Assembly: GCA_046299555.1 (NCBI GenBank)
Contig: JBKBHS010000001.1
Location: forward strand, 1,056,009 to 1,120,008
DNA: 64,000 nucleotides
Reading direction: 5' to 3'
Source: Bacteroidia bacterium
GTDB taxonomy: Bacteria; Bacteroidota; Bacteroidia; JACCXN01
Position 1 is the first letter of the stretch. Every line of letters starts with the position of its first letter. The position numbers and the translations under genes are program-made. Positions 47,549 to 58,624 of this stretch are shown here, piece by piece. The notes under the pieces were generated by a model that did not search any database, was not told the DNA's origin, and saw nothing but the letters and a program-made list of their open reading frames with translations.

Positions 47549-48343
47549 CTAACTATCACCATCTAAAAGATTTCCTAATCCTCCTAAAATGCTGCCTTCT
47601 TCTTTTCTTTGAGTAGTACCATATTGTATTATTCGTGAAGCTAATCGACTTATAGGTAAACTTTGTATCCATACTTTACCGGGTCCGGTTAAAGTTGCAT
47701 AAAATACACCTTCTCCTCCAAATAATGTATTTTTTATTCCGCCCACAAATTGAATATCGTAGTTTACATCTTTGGTAAAGGCTACAATACAACCGGTATC
47801 TACTTTAAGTAATTCTCCCGGAGCTAAAGTTTTTTCAACAATTGTTCCTCCGGCATGAACAAAGGCCATTCCATCGCCTTCAAGTTTTTGCATAATAAAT
47901 CCTTCACCACCAAATAGTCCTGTACCAAGTTTTCGTTGAAATTCAATTCCAACAGCAACCCCTTTTGCTGCACACAAAAATGCATCTTTTTGACAAATTA
48001 CTTTTCCGCCTAAATGGTATAAATCTAAAGCAATAATTTTACCGGGATAAGGAGATGCAAATGTTGCTCTTTTTTTGCCACTACCAATATTGGTATAGGT
48101 AGTCATAAATAAATTTTCCCCGGTTAGCAGTCTTTTACCGGCTGAAAATAATTTTCCAATCAGTCCGCCTGAGTTGCTTGAGCCGTCTCCAAATATGGTT
48201 TCCATTTTTATTTGGTCGTCCATCATCATAAAACTACCAGGTTCGGCTATTACGGTTTCTTGCGGGTCGAGTTCTATTTCAACGCATTGCATTTCTTCGC
48301 CTATTATGCGATAGTCTATTTCATGGTTAGATATCATAAGCAT
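47549..48343 (-). CDS. TIGR00266/AIM24 (DUF124) family protein
   Basis: 264 aa. The repeated Gly-rich beta pattern (GGEGFIMQKLEGDGMAFVHAGG, LFGGEGVFYATLTGPG) is typical of the AIM24 family. Confidence 0.6.
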   Translation of the reverse strand: MLMISNHEIDYRIIGEEMQCVEIELDPQETVIAEPGSFMMMDDQIKMETIFGDGSSNSGGLIGKLFSAGKRLLTGENLFMTTYTNIGSGKKRATFASPYPGKIIALDLYHLGGKVICQKDAFLCAAKGVAVGIEFQRKLGTGLFGGEGFIMQKLEGDGMAFVHAGGTIVEKTLAPGELLKVDTGCIVAFTKDVNYDIQFVGGIKNTLFGGEGVFYATLTGPGKVWIQSLPISRLASRIIQYGTTQRKEEGSILGGLGNLLDGDS

Positions 48344-48460
48344 TTTATTTTTAATATTCTCATCAAAAATAGATAATTGAATTTATATTCTAATCTTTTT
48401 AATGTTAATTTGAATAAAAATCATCCCACAATATTACTTTTCAAACCTTACCTTTGTGTT

Positions 48461-49876
48461 ATGACAAAAAAGAAATATAAATACCGTGATCAAATTTTTC
48501 AAAATATTGAAATTATAGATGCTACCAGCGAAGGAAATAGTATAGCTAAAATAAACGATTTAGTTGTTTTTGTAAAATATGCTGTGCCGGGAGATATTGT
48601 TAATATTAAAATTATACGCGAACATAGAAGATATTTAGAAGCGAATGTAATAGAAATTATTAAGCCCTCTGAGCACCGTATTAAGCAAGTATGCGAACAT
48701 TTTGGAATTTGTGGCGGTTGCAAGTGGCAAAATTTAAACTATCATCAACAATTGTTATATAAACAAAAACAAGTATTTGATGCTTTTTCGCGAATTGGAA
48801 AATTAACTTTCCCCGAAATTTTGCCAATTATTGCATCAAAACAAGTTTATCATTATCGCAATAAAATGGAATATGCATTTTCCAATAAAATGTGGCTAAC
48901 TGATGAACAGATAAAATCAAATGAAAAATTTAGTAATAGAAATGCATTAGGATTTCATTTGCCCGGGATGTTTGATAAAATTTTAGATATACGTCAATGT
49001 TATTTACAAGATGAAAAAGGCAATGATATTAGAAATTTTGTTAAGCAATTTTGTGAAGAACATCATTATCCTTTTTTTGATAATAGAGAACAACATGGAT
49101 TAATGCGTTCTCTTATTATTAGAACATCAAGTACAGGAGAATGGATGGTAATTCTTATTTTTTATGAAAAAGACTCAATTAAAATAGAAAAACTCCTAAA
49201 TGCCATTGCTGATAAATTTCCTTTTATAACCTCTCTTTTATACATTATTAATCCCAAGCGTAATGATACTTATAATGATTTAGAAGTATTTGTACATAAA
49301 GGAAAAGAATATATGCTTGAAGAAATGGAAGGTTTAAAATTTAAAGTAGGCCCTAAATCTTTTTATCAAACCAATTCCATTCAAGCGTATGAATTGTATA
49401 AGGTAGCTCGCAATTTTGCCGATTTAAAAGGATACGAACTTGTTTATGATTTATATACCGGAACCGGAACCATAGCAAATTTTATAGCTAAAAAAGCTAA
49501 AAAAGTAATTGGAATTGAATATGTAGCTTCTGCAATTGATGACGCTAAAGTAAATTCTGAATTAAATAATATATCCAATACCTTGTTTTTTGCAGGCGAT
49601 ATGAAGGATGTTTTAACTGCAGAATTCGTAAAAACTCACGGAAAACCGGATGTGATTATAACTGATCCTCCAAGAGCAGGTATGCATGAAAGTGTGGTAA
49701 ATTGTTTATTAGAAATAGCAGCGCCCAAAATAGTATATGTAAGTTGTAATCCGGCAACACAAGCCAGAGATTTACAAATTCTATCCGCTAAATATGAAAT
49801 AACCAAAGTGCAACCTGTTGATATGTTTCCTCAAACACATCATGTTGAAAATGTAGTTTTACTTGAACTTAAGTAG
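48461..49876 (+). CDS. rlmD: 23S rRNA (uracil-C5)-methyltransferase RlmD/RumA-like (TRAM + 4Fe-4S + SAM MTase)
   Basis: TRAM domain at the N-terminus. Cys cluster CEHFGICGGCKWQ, a SAM motif DLYTGTGTI and a catalytic DPPRAG...VSCNP. ATG at 48461 is preferred over the track start at 48377. Confidence 0.75.
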   Translation: MTKKKYKYRDQIFQNIEIIDATSEGNSIAKINDLVVFVKYAVPGDIVNIKIIREHRRYLEANVIEIIKPSEHRIKQVCEHFGICGGCKWQNLNYHQQLLYKQKQVFDAFSRIGKLTFPEILPIIASKQVYHYRNKMEYAFSNKMWLTDEQIKSNEKFSNRNALGFHLPGMFDKILDIRQCYLQDEKGNDIRNFVKQFCEEHHYPFFDNREQHGLMRSLIIRTSSTGEWMVILIFYEKDSIKIEKLLNAIADKFPFITSLLYIINPKRNDTYNDLEVFVHKGKEYMLEEMEGLKFKVGPKSFYQTNSIQAYELYKVARNFADLKGYELVYDLYTGTGTIANFIAKKAKKVIGIEYVASAIDDAKVNSELNNISNTLFFAGDMKDVLTAEFVKTHGKPDVIITDPPRAGMHESVVNCLLEIAAPKIVYVSCNPATQARDLQILSAKYEITKVQPVDMFPQTHHVENVVLLELK

Positions 49877-49944
49877 CTTTTTGTAATTTCATCTTGCATT
49901 TCTAAAAAAAAAATTATTTTTAACAAGAAATTAAAACTTAAGCT

Positions 49945-50997
49945 ATGAGAAAGATAATCTCAGTATTAATATTTGTGTTATTTGCATATATTGCTAATGC
50001 ACAAGAAATGATAGTTGTTAAGGATACCACTTCCGAAAACTATCAAAAATCACAAATAAGTTATAATGACGGAATTCAATATTTCCAAAATAAGCAATAT
50101 CAGCAAGCAATAGAAGCTTTTACTCAGTCCATTCAATTAGTTGGAAACTTTGATAAAGCATACTTTAATAGAGCAAATGCCTATTTTGAACTGCGTGATT
50201 TTAAATCGGCTAAAAACGATTTAAAAATGGCATTAGAGCTTAACCCAAATAATGAAAATGCTTATCAATTAAGAGGAGATATTTATATGGCAGAAAATAA
50301 AAATGAGAAAGCCAAAAAAGACTACTTAAAAGCTGTTGAACTTAATCCAAATAACGCACATTGTTTATATAATTTAGGAGTAATAAGTTTTACAGAGCAA
50401 GATTATAATGCTGCAATTAATTATTATACCCAAGCCATAAAAGCTAAACCCGACCACGCCTATGCATATAACGATAGAGCAGGGGCAAAAAGAGAATTAG
50501 GCGATTTGGATGGTGCTTTACAAGATTACAATCAGGCTATTAAATTAGATAATAAAATGGCTTTTGCCTATAACAACAGAGGAACAGTAAAACGTAGAAA
50601 AGGCGATTTTAAAGGAGCCATAGAAGATTATACCAAAGCAATTAACTTAAAGTCTGATTATTATATTGCATACAATAACCGTGGAAGTGCTAAGTTCGAT
50701 AGTGGCGATTATGAGGGTGCCGTAGCCGATTTTACACAAGCTATTAAATTAAAACCCGATTACGCCTATGCTTATAATAACAGAGCAGCCGCTAAATTTA
50801 AATTAAAAGACTACAGAGGAAGCTTAGCCGATTGCAATGAAGCAATTAAACTCGATGCTAATTACGGTTATGCCTATTTAAATAGAGGAACAGCTAGAGA
50901 AATGCTTAGAGAATTTGAAAAAGCTTGTCAAGATTGGCAAAAAGCATCTGAATTAGGTGTTAGTAATGCTTCAAAATTTTTATTAGACTGTAATTAA
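49945..50997 (+). CDS. Secreted tetratricopeptide-repeat protein
   Basis: Signal peptide followed by ~8 consecutive TPR units (A..Y.NRG......GD...A..DY..AI.L.P). Confidence 0.7.
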   Translation: MRKIISVLIFVLFAYIANAQEMIVVKDTTSENYQKSQISYNDGIQYFQNKQYQQAIEAFTQSIQLVGNFDKAYFNRANAYFELRDFKSAKNDLKMALELNPNNENAYQLRGDIYMAENKNEKAKKDYLKAVELNPNNAHCLYNLGVISFTEQDYNAAINYYTQAIKAKPDHAYAYNDRAGAKRELGDLDGALQDYNQAIKLDNKMAFAYNNRGTVKRRKGDFKGAIEDYTKAINLKSDYYIAYNNRGSAKFDSGDYEGAVADFTQAIKLKPDYAYAYNNRAAAKFKLKDYRGSLADCNEAIKLDANYGYAYLNRGTAREMLREFEKACQDWQKASELGVSNASKFLLDCN

Positions 50998-51007
50998 AAT
51001 TATTAAT

Positions 51008-53074
51008 TTGATAATATTTATGAAAAATAGTGTTATAACAATAATTTTTGTTTTTATAACAAATCTTCTTTTTGCACAAAATAAAGAATTTTCAAAAGAA
51101 TTCTTTCCAAATGATAAAGAAGGATTAAAGGCGGCAATTGCAGCAATTAAAGAAGGCGATAAATTATATATGGAAGGAGAGCACAAATATTCATTTGCGC
51201 TAAATTATTATTTAACTACTCAAAATTTTAATCCTGATAATGCAGAATTAAATTATAAAATAGGTGTTTGTTATTATTATTCAAGTTTTAAAATTAAATG
51301 TTTCGAATATTTTAAAAAAGCCAATGAATTAAAGCCTAATTTAACAAGCGATATTCGATTCTATTTAGGAAGAGGTTATCACTTAAAAGGCGAGTGGGAT
51401 AAGGCTATTGCAGAATATAATGCTGCTAAATCAACCCTTAAACCAAAAGAAGATGAAGATAAATTAAAACAAATACCTAAGCTTATTGAAGAATGTAAGT
51501 ACGGAAAAGAATTAGAACAAAAGCCTGTTAGAGTATTTATTGATAATATTGGTTCAGCTATTAACACAAAATATCCTGAATATGGCCCAATAATTTCTGC
51601 TGATGAATCTGTAATGTATTTTACTTCTCGTAGAGATAATACAACCGGTGGCAAAATTGATGAAAATTTAGGAGGATATTACGAAGACATTTATGTATCA
51701 TACAAACAAAACGGAAAATGGACACCTGCACAAAACATTGGTGCTCCAATAAATACGCCTGAACACGATGCAACTATAAGTTTGTTTCCTGACGGACAAA
51801 AAATGTTTATTTACAAAGACGACAAGGGCGATGGAAATATTTATGAAACATCGTTAATAGGGAATACTTGGACAAAACCTCAAAAAGTTGATAAAGCTAT
51901 TAATACATCATCTCACGAATCTTCAGCTTGCTTATCTCCAGATGGTAAAACGCTCTACTTTGTAAGTACTCGCCCGGATATGTCAATTGGAGGAAGAGAT
52001 ATTTTTGTTAGTACCAAAGATGAAAAAGGTCGTTGGATGAAACCCGTTAATATTGGCAGTACCATTAATACCCCATATAATGAAGAAAGTTTATTTCTTC
52101 ACCCGGATGGTAAAACATTATATTTTTCATCGCAAGGCCATAATAGTATGGGAGGTTATGATATTTTTAAAACAGTTAATAATAATGGTATTTGGAGTAA
52201 ACCCGAAAACATAGGATGGCCTATTAATACTCCCGATGACGATGTATTCTTTGTGCTTTCAGCAAGTGGCCGAAGAGGATACTATTCATCATTTAAAGCT
52301 GATGGATTAGGCGAAAAAGATATTTATGTTATAACATTTTTAGGCCCAGAAAAACCATTGCAACTTAATAATGAAGATAATTTAATTGCAAGTTTAGTAG
52401 CTCCTGTTAGAACGGCTGTTATCGAACCTAAGGTGGAAGTTGCTAAAGCTAAAACAACCATTCTTAAAGGAACAATTACTGATGCTATTACACAAAAACC
52501 TGTTGAAGCAGATATAGAATTAATTGATAATGTTAAAAATCAAACGCTGGCCGTATTCAAATCCAATTCAGCAACAGGTAAATATTTAGTTTCTTTACCA
52601 TCCGGGAAAAACTATGGTATTGCAGTAAAAGCAGAAGGATATTTGTTTCATTCAGAAAATTTTGATTTGCCTGATACTGCCGATTATAACGAAGTTACCA
52701 AAGATATTCAGTTAAAAAATGTAGCCGTTGGAAGCAAAATTGTATTACGTAATATCTTTTTTGACTTTGGAAAATATACCCTTCGTCCCGAATCTACCAA
52801 TGAGTTAGAACGCTTAATCAAATTATTAAACGATATTCCAACCATGCGTATTGAAATTTCTGGGCATACCGATAACAGAGGATCGGCTGAGTTAAACCAA
52901 AAACTTTCAGAAAATCGAGCTAAAGCTGTTGTAGATTATTTGGTAGAGCGAGGCATTAGTCCTTCTCGTTTAGAGTATAAAGGATATGGTAAAGATCAAC
53001 CAATTGCTACAAATGACACCGAAGCCGGACGACAAGAAAACAGAAGAACAGAATTTAAAATTTTGAGCAGATAA
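51008..53074 (+). CDS. OmpA-family protein with N-terminal TPR, PD40/TolB-like propeller repeats and C-terminal OmpA peptidoglycan-binding domain
   Basis: Repeated ...SPDGKTLYF.S.R... (PD40) blades. C-terminal NIFFDFGKYTLRPES...ISGHTDNRGSAELNQKLSENRAKAV matches the OmpA_C domain. Confidence 0.7.
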   Translation: MIIFMKNSVITIIFVFITNLLFAQNKEFSKEFFPNDKEGLKAAIAAIKEGDKLYMEGEHKYSFALNYYLTTQNFNPDNAELNYKIGVCYYYSSFKIKCFEYFKKANELKPNLTSDIRFYLGRGYHLKGEWDKAIAEYNAAKSTLKPKEDEDKLKQIPKLIEECKYGKELEQKPVRVFIDNIGSAINTKYPEYGPIISADESVMYFTSRRDNTTGGKIDENLGGYYEDIYVSYKQNGKWTPAQNIGAPINTPEHDATISLFPDGQKMFIYKDDKGDGNIYETSLIGNTWTKPQKVDKAINTSSHESSACLSPDGKTLYFVSTRPDMSIGGRDIFVSTKDEKGRWMKPVNIGSTINTPYNEESLFLHPDGKTLYFSSQGHNSMGGYDIFKTVNNNGIWSKPENIGWPINTPDDDVFFVLSASGRRGYYSSFKADGLGEKDIYVITFLGPEKPLQLNNEDNLIASLVAPVRTAVIEPKVEVAKAKTTILKGTITDAITQKPVEADIELIDNVKNQTLAVFKSNSATGKYLVSLPSGKNYGIAVKAEGYLFHSENFDLPDTADYNEVTKDIQLKNVAVGSKIVLRNIFFDFGKYTLRPESTNELERLIKLLNDIPTMRIEISGHTDNRGSAELNQKLSENRAKAVVDYLVERGISPSRLEYKGYGKDQPIATNDTEAGRQENRRTEFKILSR

Positions 53075-53075
53075 C

Positions 53076-54026
53076 ATGCAGTTTAGAACTGAATTAAAAA
53101 TTGAAGAATCAAAATTTAAAATAGAGCATCACGATGCTCTATTTTTTATGGGTTCTTGTTTTGCTGAAAATATTGCCGAAAAATCTCATTTGCTTTTGTT
53201 TAATACTTGTATCAATCCGCATGGCATATTATATAATCCTAAAAGTATAGCAATAGCAATTCGTGAGTATTGCACACAAAAAAAATATAAAGAAGACGAT
53301 TTGTTTTTTTACGATAATTGGTGGCACAGTTGGAATCATCATAGCAGATTTTCGAATGCCGATATAAATTGTTGTTTAGAAAACATAAATAACAATTTAT
53401 CCATAGCTTTTAATTTTTTAAAAAAGAGTAAATTTTTATTTATTACACTTGGCTCGGCATTTATTTATAAATATATAAAATCAAATAGTTACGTAGCTAA
53501 CTGTCATAAAGTTCCCAATAAAGAGTTTGTAAAAGAATTATTAACTATTGAATCCATTATTTGTGATTTGCAATCGGCTATTAATGATTTAAATTACCTT
53601 AATAAAGAAATTAAAATAATATTTACGGTAAGCCCGGTAAGATATATACGTGATGGTATTGTTGAAAATACCTTGAGTAAAGCACGTTTGTTAGAGTCTG
53701 TACATCAGCTTTGTAATATAAATAAAAATTGTTATTACTTCCCGGCTTATGAATTAATTATGGATGATTTAAGAGATTATCGATTTTTTAAAGAAGATTT
53801 GGTGCATCCGTCTGAAATGGCAATAAATTATGTATGGGAAAAATTCTCAAAAAGTTTATTTTCTAATCAATGTTTAAACATTATTAAAGAAATAGAAGAA
53901 ATTGCAAAAGCAGAAAATCATCAGCCAAGAAATATTAATTCTAAAAGTTATCTTTCATTTAAAAAAAATATTGAAGAAAAAAAACAAAAACTTTCTTCAA
54001 TGTTTCCTTATATAAATTTTAATTAA
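53076..54026 (+). CDS. GSCFA-domain family protein
   Basis: Name-giving FFMGSCFAENI motif near the N-terminus. Confidence 0.7.
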   Translation: MQFRTELKIEESKFKIEHHDALFFMGSCFAENIAEKSHLLLFNTCINPHGILYNPKSIAIAIREYCTQKKYKEDDLFFYDNWWHSWNHHSRFSNADINCCLENINNNLSIAFNFLKKSKFLFITLGSAFIYKYIKSNSYVANCHKVPNKEFVKELLTIESIICDLQSAINDLNYLNKEIKIIFTVSPVRYIRDGIVENTLSKARLLESVHQLCNINKNCYYFPAYELIMDDLRDYRFFKEDLVHPSEMAINYVWEKFSKSLFSNQCLNIIKEIEEIAKAENHQPRNINSKSYLSFKKNIEEKKQKLSSMFPYINFN

Positions 54027-54726
54027 GCGGAAGTTTAAAATATTCCATATTATTAATCGGAACTTTCTTTTTTAACATAAAATCTGCTACTTTATTAATA
54101 AAAGCTTTTCCTCCGCATACATAAAATATGGGTGCCTTATCTTTACAAGCAAATTCAAAAAGCTCATTCAATTTAGTTGTACTAAAAGTTTTTTTATTTA
54201 TTTCCTGTTCATACTTTATTCTACCATGTACCATGTTTTTCAAAAAATCAATTTCATCAAACAATATTCCATTGCTATCTTTACATATTGTATATATAGA
54301 AGATTTACTCATGTTTTCAATATATAATAAAGATTTAAGCATAACATAAATTGGAATTACGCCTTCATCTTGAGCTAAAAAAATAAATGTTCGCTTGTAA
54401 TTACTTATCGGATTTAGCGTAAAAGTTCCTTCAGGTTTGCTTAGTAATAATTCATCACCGTTTTTTAAAAATGATATTTCATTTTTATGTAAAATAATAG
54501 AAGGTAAATCGCCTCCAAAATGGTGCGATGCTATCCAATATTTTTTTATTTTATTGTTGAGATTTAAATACACATATTGCCCCGGCAAATATTCATTCCA
54601 AATGGGTGATTTAGAATAAAAAAATATTTGTAAATATTTACAGTAAATGGTTTTTATAGAATGAATTTTACAAGCATAAAAATCCTTAACTATTTCTATG
54701 GGCCTTTTATTATTCATGAAATACAA
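54019..54726 (-). CDS. Ferredoxin-NADP-reductase-like FAD/NAD(P)-binding oxidoreductase, divergent
   Basis: KKYWIASHH fits the FAD-binding RxYS(I/L)AS block. The C-terminal APIFYVCGGKAF fits the FNR-family C-terminal motif. The NAD-binding Gly motif is degenerate. Confidence 0.4.
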   Translation of the reverse strand: MYFMNNKRPIEIVKDFYACKIHSIKTIYCKYLQIFFYSKSPIWNEYLPGQYVYLNLNNKIKKYWIASHHFGGDLPSIILHKNEISFLKNGDELLLSKPEGTFTLNPISNYKRTFIFLAQDEGVIPIYVMLKSLLYIENMSKSSIYTICKDSNGILFDEIDFLKNMVHGRIKYEQEINKKTFSTTKLNELFEFACKDKAPIFYVCGGKAFINKVADFMLKKKVPINNMEYFKLPLN

Positions 54727-54828
54727 AGGTAAGGATATTTTCTGCCTTTAAGCCTTAATAAAAACCGATTATATAATTCATAAAATGCAATGTAAAAGAT
54801 GATTATTTTTGTATAAATACCTTTAAAG

Positions 54829-55872
54829 TTGAATAAAACAAGTGTTTATTGGATTTGCCAAATTTTCGGATGGTTTTCTTTTGCATTTATCAATGCAGTT
54901 TTTATTGGTTTTAGTAACGATGCCGGTTTTAAAGAATATTTATCTTTAGTATTATTATTTGTATTAGGTATTTTTCTATCGCATTTATATCGAAACCTTA
55001 TTATTCGATTTAAATGGCTTTCTGTAAAAACTATTGCATTAATCCCGCGTTTTTTATTTTCAGCTATTTTATTGGGTTTTTTTACTTATTTTTTTGAAAG
55101 TATTTTAATTTCGATTATAACATTTGATAATATTTTATTTACAAAAACAGATATAGCCGGAATACTTAATTTATCATTTGTTTATTTAGTTTGGTCTTTA
55201 ATATATTTTTTAGTAAACTTTATAGAGAATTATCGTAAAGAAGAAATTAAAAATTTGAGGTATGAAGCAAGCATGAATGAAATTGAGTTGAATAACTTAA
55301 AAACTCAGTTAAACCCTCATTTTATGTTTAATGCAATGAACAGTATCAGAGCATTAATTGATGAAAATCCTGAAAAAGCAAAACAAGCTTTAACTAAATT
55401 TTCTAATATCTTACGAAATGCCCTTCAAATGGGAAAAACTAAATTAGTTCCGTTTTCGCAAGAGTTACAATTGGTTAAAGATTATTTAGATGTAGAAAGC
55501 ATAAGATACGAAGAACGCTTAAATGTTAGTTATTCAATTGATAATTCATCTAATGATTTTTTTATACCTCCCATGATGTTGCAAACATTGGTTGAAAATG
55601 CCATAAAACATGGTATTTCAAAATTTGCAAAAGCTGGATACATATACATAAATACAAAAAAGATAAATAATGATTTACAAATTGAAATTATCAACTCAGG
55701 TGTTTTAGAAAATAACAATACATCCAATTCAGGTTTGGGATTAAATAATACTGTGCAACGACTACACTTAATATTTGGCGATGCTGCAAAATTTAAAATA
55801 GAACAATCTAACGCTAATGAGGTTAAATGTATTTTACTAATACCTTTAATAAGAAATATTAATATAAATTAA
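54829..55872 (+). CDS. LytS/YehU-type sensor histidine kinase (membrane domain + His_kinase domain)
   Basis: Five to six N-terminal TM helices, then LNPHFMFNAMNSIRALI (H-box of the LytS family) and an HATPase_c region. It appears to start with TTG at 54829. Confidence 0.75.
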   Translation: MNKTSVYWICQIFGWFSFAFINAVFIGFSNDAGFKEYLSLVLLFVLGIFLSHLYRNLIIRFKWLSVKTIALIPRFLFSAILLGFFTYFFESILISIITFDNILFTKTDIAGILNLSFVYLVWSLIYFLVNFIENYRKEEIKNLRYEASMNEIELNNLKTQLNPHFMFNAMNSIRALIDENPEKAKQALTKFSNILRNALQMGKTKLVPFSQELQLVKDYLDVESIRYEERLNVSYSIDNSSNDFFIPPMMLQTLVENAIKHGISKFAKAGYIYINTKKINNDLQIEIINSGVLENNNTSNSGLGLNNTVQRLHLIFGDAAKFKIEQSNANEVKCILLIPLIRNININ

Positions 55873-55886
55873 AAATCAAAACTTGT

Positions 55887-56609
55887 ATGAAAGCATTAAT
55901 TATTGACGATGAACGATTAGCACGACAAGAGTTAAAAAAACTATTAGAAAAATATCCGGAAATTGAAATAATAGGTGAATGTACTAATGCAGTGGAAGCT
56001 CTTGAAAGAATTCCGGTTTTAAATCCTGAATTAATTTTTTTAGATATTCAAATGCCTGAAATGACAGGATTTCAATTGCTTGAAAAGTTAGATGAAGTTC
56101 CTAAAGTTATTTTTGTTACAGCTTATGATGAATACGCTTTAAAAGCATTTGAATACAATGCGCTCGATTACCTTTTAAAACCAATACAATCTGAAAGATT
56201 AGATGAAACAATTAAAAAAGTTATAAACGAAAAAAATCTTTCTAATGATAAAAATTCCTCACAGGGCAATTATTTAACTGTAGAAAATCAAGTATTTTTA
56301 AAAGATGGAGATAAATGTTGGTTTGTAAAATTAGACGATATTCGTTTGTTTGAATCAGAAGGAAATTATGTAAGAGTTTATTTTCATAATTTTAAACCAT
56401 TAATTTTAAAATCATTGAATAATTTAGAAGAGCGTTTGCATCCGCAGCAATTTTTCAGAGCAAGCAGAAAACATATAGTGAATTTAAAATGGATAGAAAG
56501 TGTTGAAAATTGGTTTAATGGTGGTTTAATGGCAAAACTTAAAAGTGGAGAGCAAGTTGAAATATCAAGAAGGCAATCAGCTAAATTTAAAGATATGATG
56601 AGTTTATGA
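55887..56609 (+). CDS. LytTR-family response regulator
   Basis: Receiver domain (ALIIDDE...FLDIQMPEMTG...) followed by a C-terminal LytTR DNA-binding domain. Confidence 0.8.
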   Translation: MKALIIDDERLARQELKKLLEKYPEIEIIGECTNAVEALERIPVLNPELIFLDIQMPEMTGFQLLEKLDEVPKVIFVTAYDEYALKAFEYNALDYLLKPIQSERLDETIKKVINEKNLSNDKNSSQGNYLTVENQVFLKDGDKCWFVKLDDIRLFESEGNYVRVYFHNFKPLILKSLNNLEERLHPQQFFRASRKHIVNLKWIESVENWFNGGLMAKLKSGEQVEISRRQSAKFKDMMSL

Positions 56610-57955
56610 TGCTACGATTTAAAATATTAACCCTATTATTTTTATTTCAAAATAATTTTTTATTTTCCCAAGCAATTAGTAAAAAAATTTATGTTTTTGG
56701 CATACAGGATGAAATAGCTCCACCGGCTGTTAGAACTACGCATAAAGGTATAGAAGAAGCAAAGCGTATAAATGCCGATTATATTCTAATTGAGTTGAAC
56801 ACTTATGGAGGATTAGTTGATGCTGCAGATTCTATACGAACAAAAATTTTACATTGTCCCATTCCTGTAATGGTATACATTAAAAATAATGCTGCATCAG
56901 CAGGAGCATTAATTTCCATTGCCTGCGATAGTATTTATATGAGTCCCGGAGCAACTATAGGAGCTGCAACAGTGGTTGATCAAACAGGTCAACAAGTACC
57001 TGATAAATATCAATCGTATATGCGAAAAAAAATGCGTGCAACCGCTGAAATGAATAATAGGAATCCGGAAATGGCAGAAGCCATGGTAGATCCTGATGTT
57101 GTTATTCCGGGAATAATAGATTCAGGAAAAGTTTTAACCCTTACTACTCAAGAAGCAATTAAATATGGCTTTTGTAATGGCGAAGCCAATGATATAAGTG
57201 ATGTTTTAAAACTTGCACAAATCAATAATTACGAAATAATACACTATAAACCCACCATTGTTGATAATATTATTGGTTTTTTAATTAAGCCCTTGGTTAG
57301 TGCTTTGCTTATAATGATTATTATAGGAGGCATTTATTTTGAACTGCAAACACCCGGCATTGGCTTTCCGCTTGGAGCAGCAGCAGTAGCAGCTATTTTA
57401 TATTTTGCGCCACTTTACTTGGAAGGTTTAGCAGAACATTGGGAAATTTTAATTTTTATAATCGGGCTTATTTTAATTGGTATAGAAATATTTGTTACTC
57501 CCGGTTTTGGAATAATTGGTGTTAGCGGAATTATCTTATTAATACTATCATTAACATTAAGTATGATTGGTAATATAGGCTTTGAATTTCCACAAAATAC
57601 AGCCACTACTATTGTTCGTTCATTATTAATTGTTATTGTTGCTATGGTAAGTTCCATTTCAATTTCTTTGTTTTTAAGCACAAAACTTACCAGTTGGCAA
57701 TTATTTAAAAAATTTACTTTAGCAACCGAACTTAAGGGAAATATAAATAGTGAAGTAAATATAAATTCATCACTTTCGAATTTAATTGGAAAAACAGCAA
57801 TAGTTTACAACGATTGTAAACCAAGCGGAAAAGCATTTATAGAGAATAAACTCTACGATGTAACCTTGGTAAACGGATATGCTGAAAAAGGAAATCAAGT
57901 TAAAGTGGTTGGAATAGAAGGAAATTATTTATTAGTTAAAAAAAATAATATATAG
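56606..57955 (+). CDS. NfeD-family membrane protein (ClpP-class serine protease domain + TM + OB-fold tail)
   Basis: N-terminal ClpP/S49-like region (IQDEIAPPAVRTTHKGIEEA...IELNTYGGLVDAADSI), a central block of multiple TM helices and a C-terminal beta domain. ATGA overlap with the upstream response regulator. Confidence 0.7.
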   Translation: MMLRFKILTLLFLFQNNFLFSQAISKKIYVFGIQDEIAPPAVRTTHKGIEEAKRINADYILIELNTYGGLVDAADSIRTKILHCPIPVMVYIKNNAASAGALISIACDSIYMSPGATIGAATVVDQTGQQVPDKYQSYMRKKMRATAEMNNRNPEMAEAMVDPDVVIPGIIDSGKVLTLTTQEAIKYGFCNGEANDISDVLKLAQINNYEIIHYKPTIVDNIIGFLIKPLVSALLIMIIIGGIYFELQTPGIGFPLGAAAVAAILYFAPLYLEGLAEHWEILIFIIGLILIGIEIFVTPGFGIIGVSGIILLILSLTLSMIGNIGFEFPQNTATTIVRSLLIVIVAMVSSISISLFLSTKLTSWQLFKKFTLATELKGNINSEVNINSSLSNLIGKTAIVYNDCKPSGKAFIENKLYDVTLVNGYAEKGNQVKVVGIEGNYLLVKKNNI

Positions 57956-57967
57956 TTAATTTATAAG

Positions 57968-58600
57968 ATGGAAATTAAAAACATAGAGCAACAGCTACTA
58001 AAAATTTTTGATAGTAATATCGTTGAAGAAATATTAAAAGTTGGTCAATTTTATGAATTTATGCCCGGTGAAGAAATAATGCGTCCCGGTCAATACATAA
58101 AATCAATACCACTAATTATTAAAGGTTCTGTAAAAATAATGCGTGAAGATAATGATGGTAAAGAAATACTTTTATATTACTTAGGAGATAATGATAGTTG
58201 CGCAATGTCGCTTACCTGTTGCATGTCATTACGCAAAAGTGAAGTAAGAGCAGTTGCTGAAGATAAAACTCAAATGCTGATGATACCTGTAGAATTTGTC
58301 GAAAAATGGATGGAGAAATATCCGGGTTGGAAAAGTTTCGTGTTTAGTACCTATCAAAAAAGATTTGAGGAAATGCTTTCAATAATTGATAGTATTGCAT
58401 TTAAAAAGATGGATGAACGTTTACTGGAATACTTAGAGAAAAAAAGCAATACACTTTCAACTAAAGAAATAAATATTACACACGAAGAAATAGCAAGAGA
58501 TTTAGGCACATCAAGAGAAGTAATATCCCGATTATTAAAACAACTGGAAAGAATGGGAGATGTAAAGCTATCCAGAAATAAGATAGAAATATTGTCATAG
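57968..58600 (+). CDS. Crp/Fnr-family transcriptional regulator
   Basis: cNMP-binding beta-roll followed by a C-terminal HTH (HEEIARDLGTSREVISRLLKQLE). Confidence 0.75.
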   Translation: MEIKNIEQQLLKIFDSNIVEEILKVGQFYEFMPGEEIMRPGQYIKSIPLIIKGSVKIMREDNDGKEILLYYLGDNDSCAMSLTCCMSLRKSEVRAVAEDKTQMLMIPVEFVEKWMEKYPGWKSFVFSTYQKRFEEMLSIIDSIAFKKMDERLLEYLEKKSNTLSTKEINITHEEIARDLGTSREVISRLLKQLERMGDVKLSRNKIEILS

Positions 58601-58624
58601 TTAATGTTTAAACATCAATCGTAA

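Noticed and set aside
48377-48460. N-terminal extension of rlmD from 48377
   Set aside because: The extension (MNLYSNLFNVNLNKNHPTILLFKPYLCV) has no homology to the TRAM domain and lies in the divergent promoter region. The ATG at 48461 gives a standard-length RlmD.
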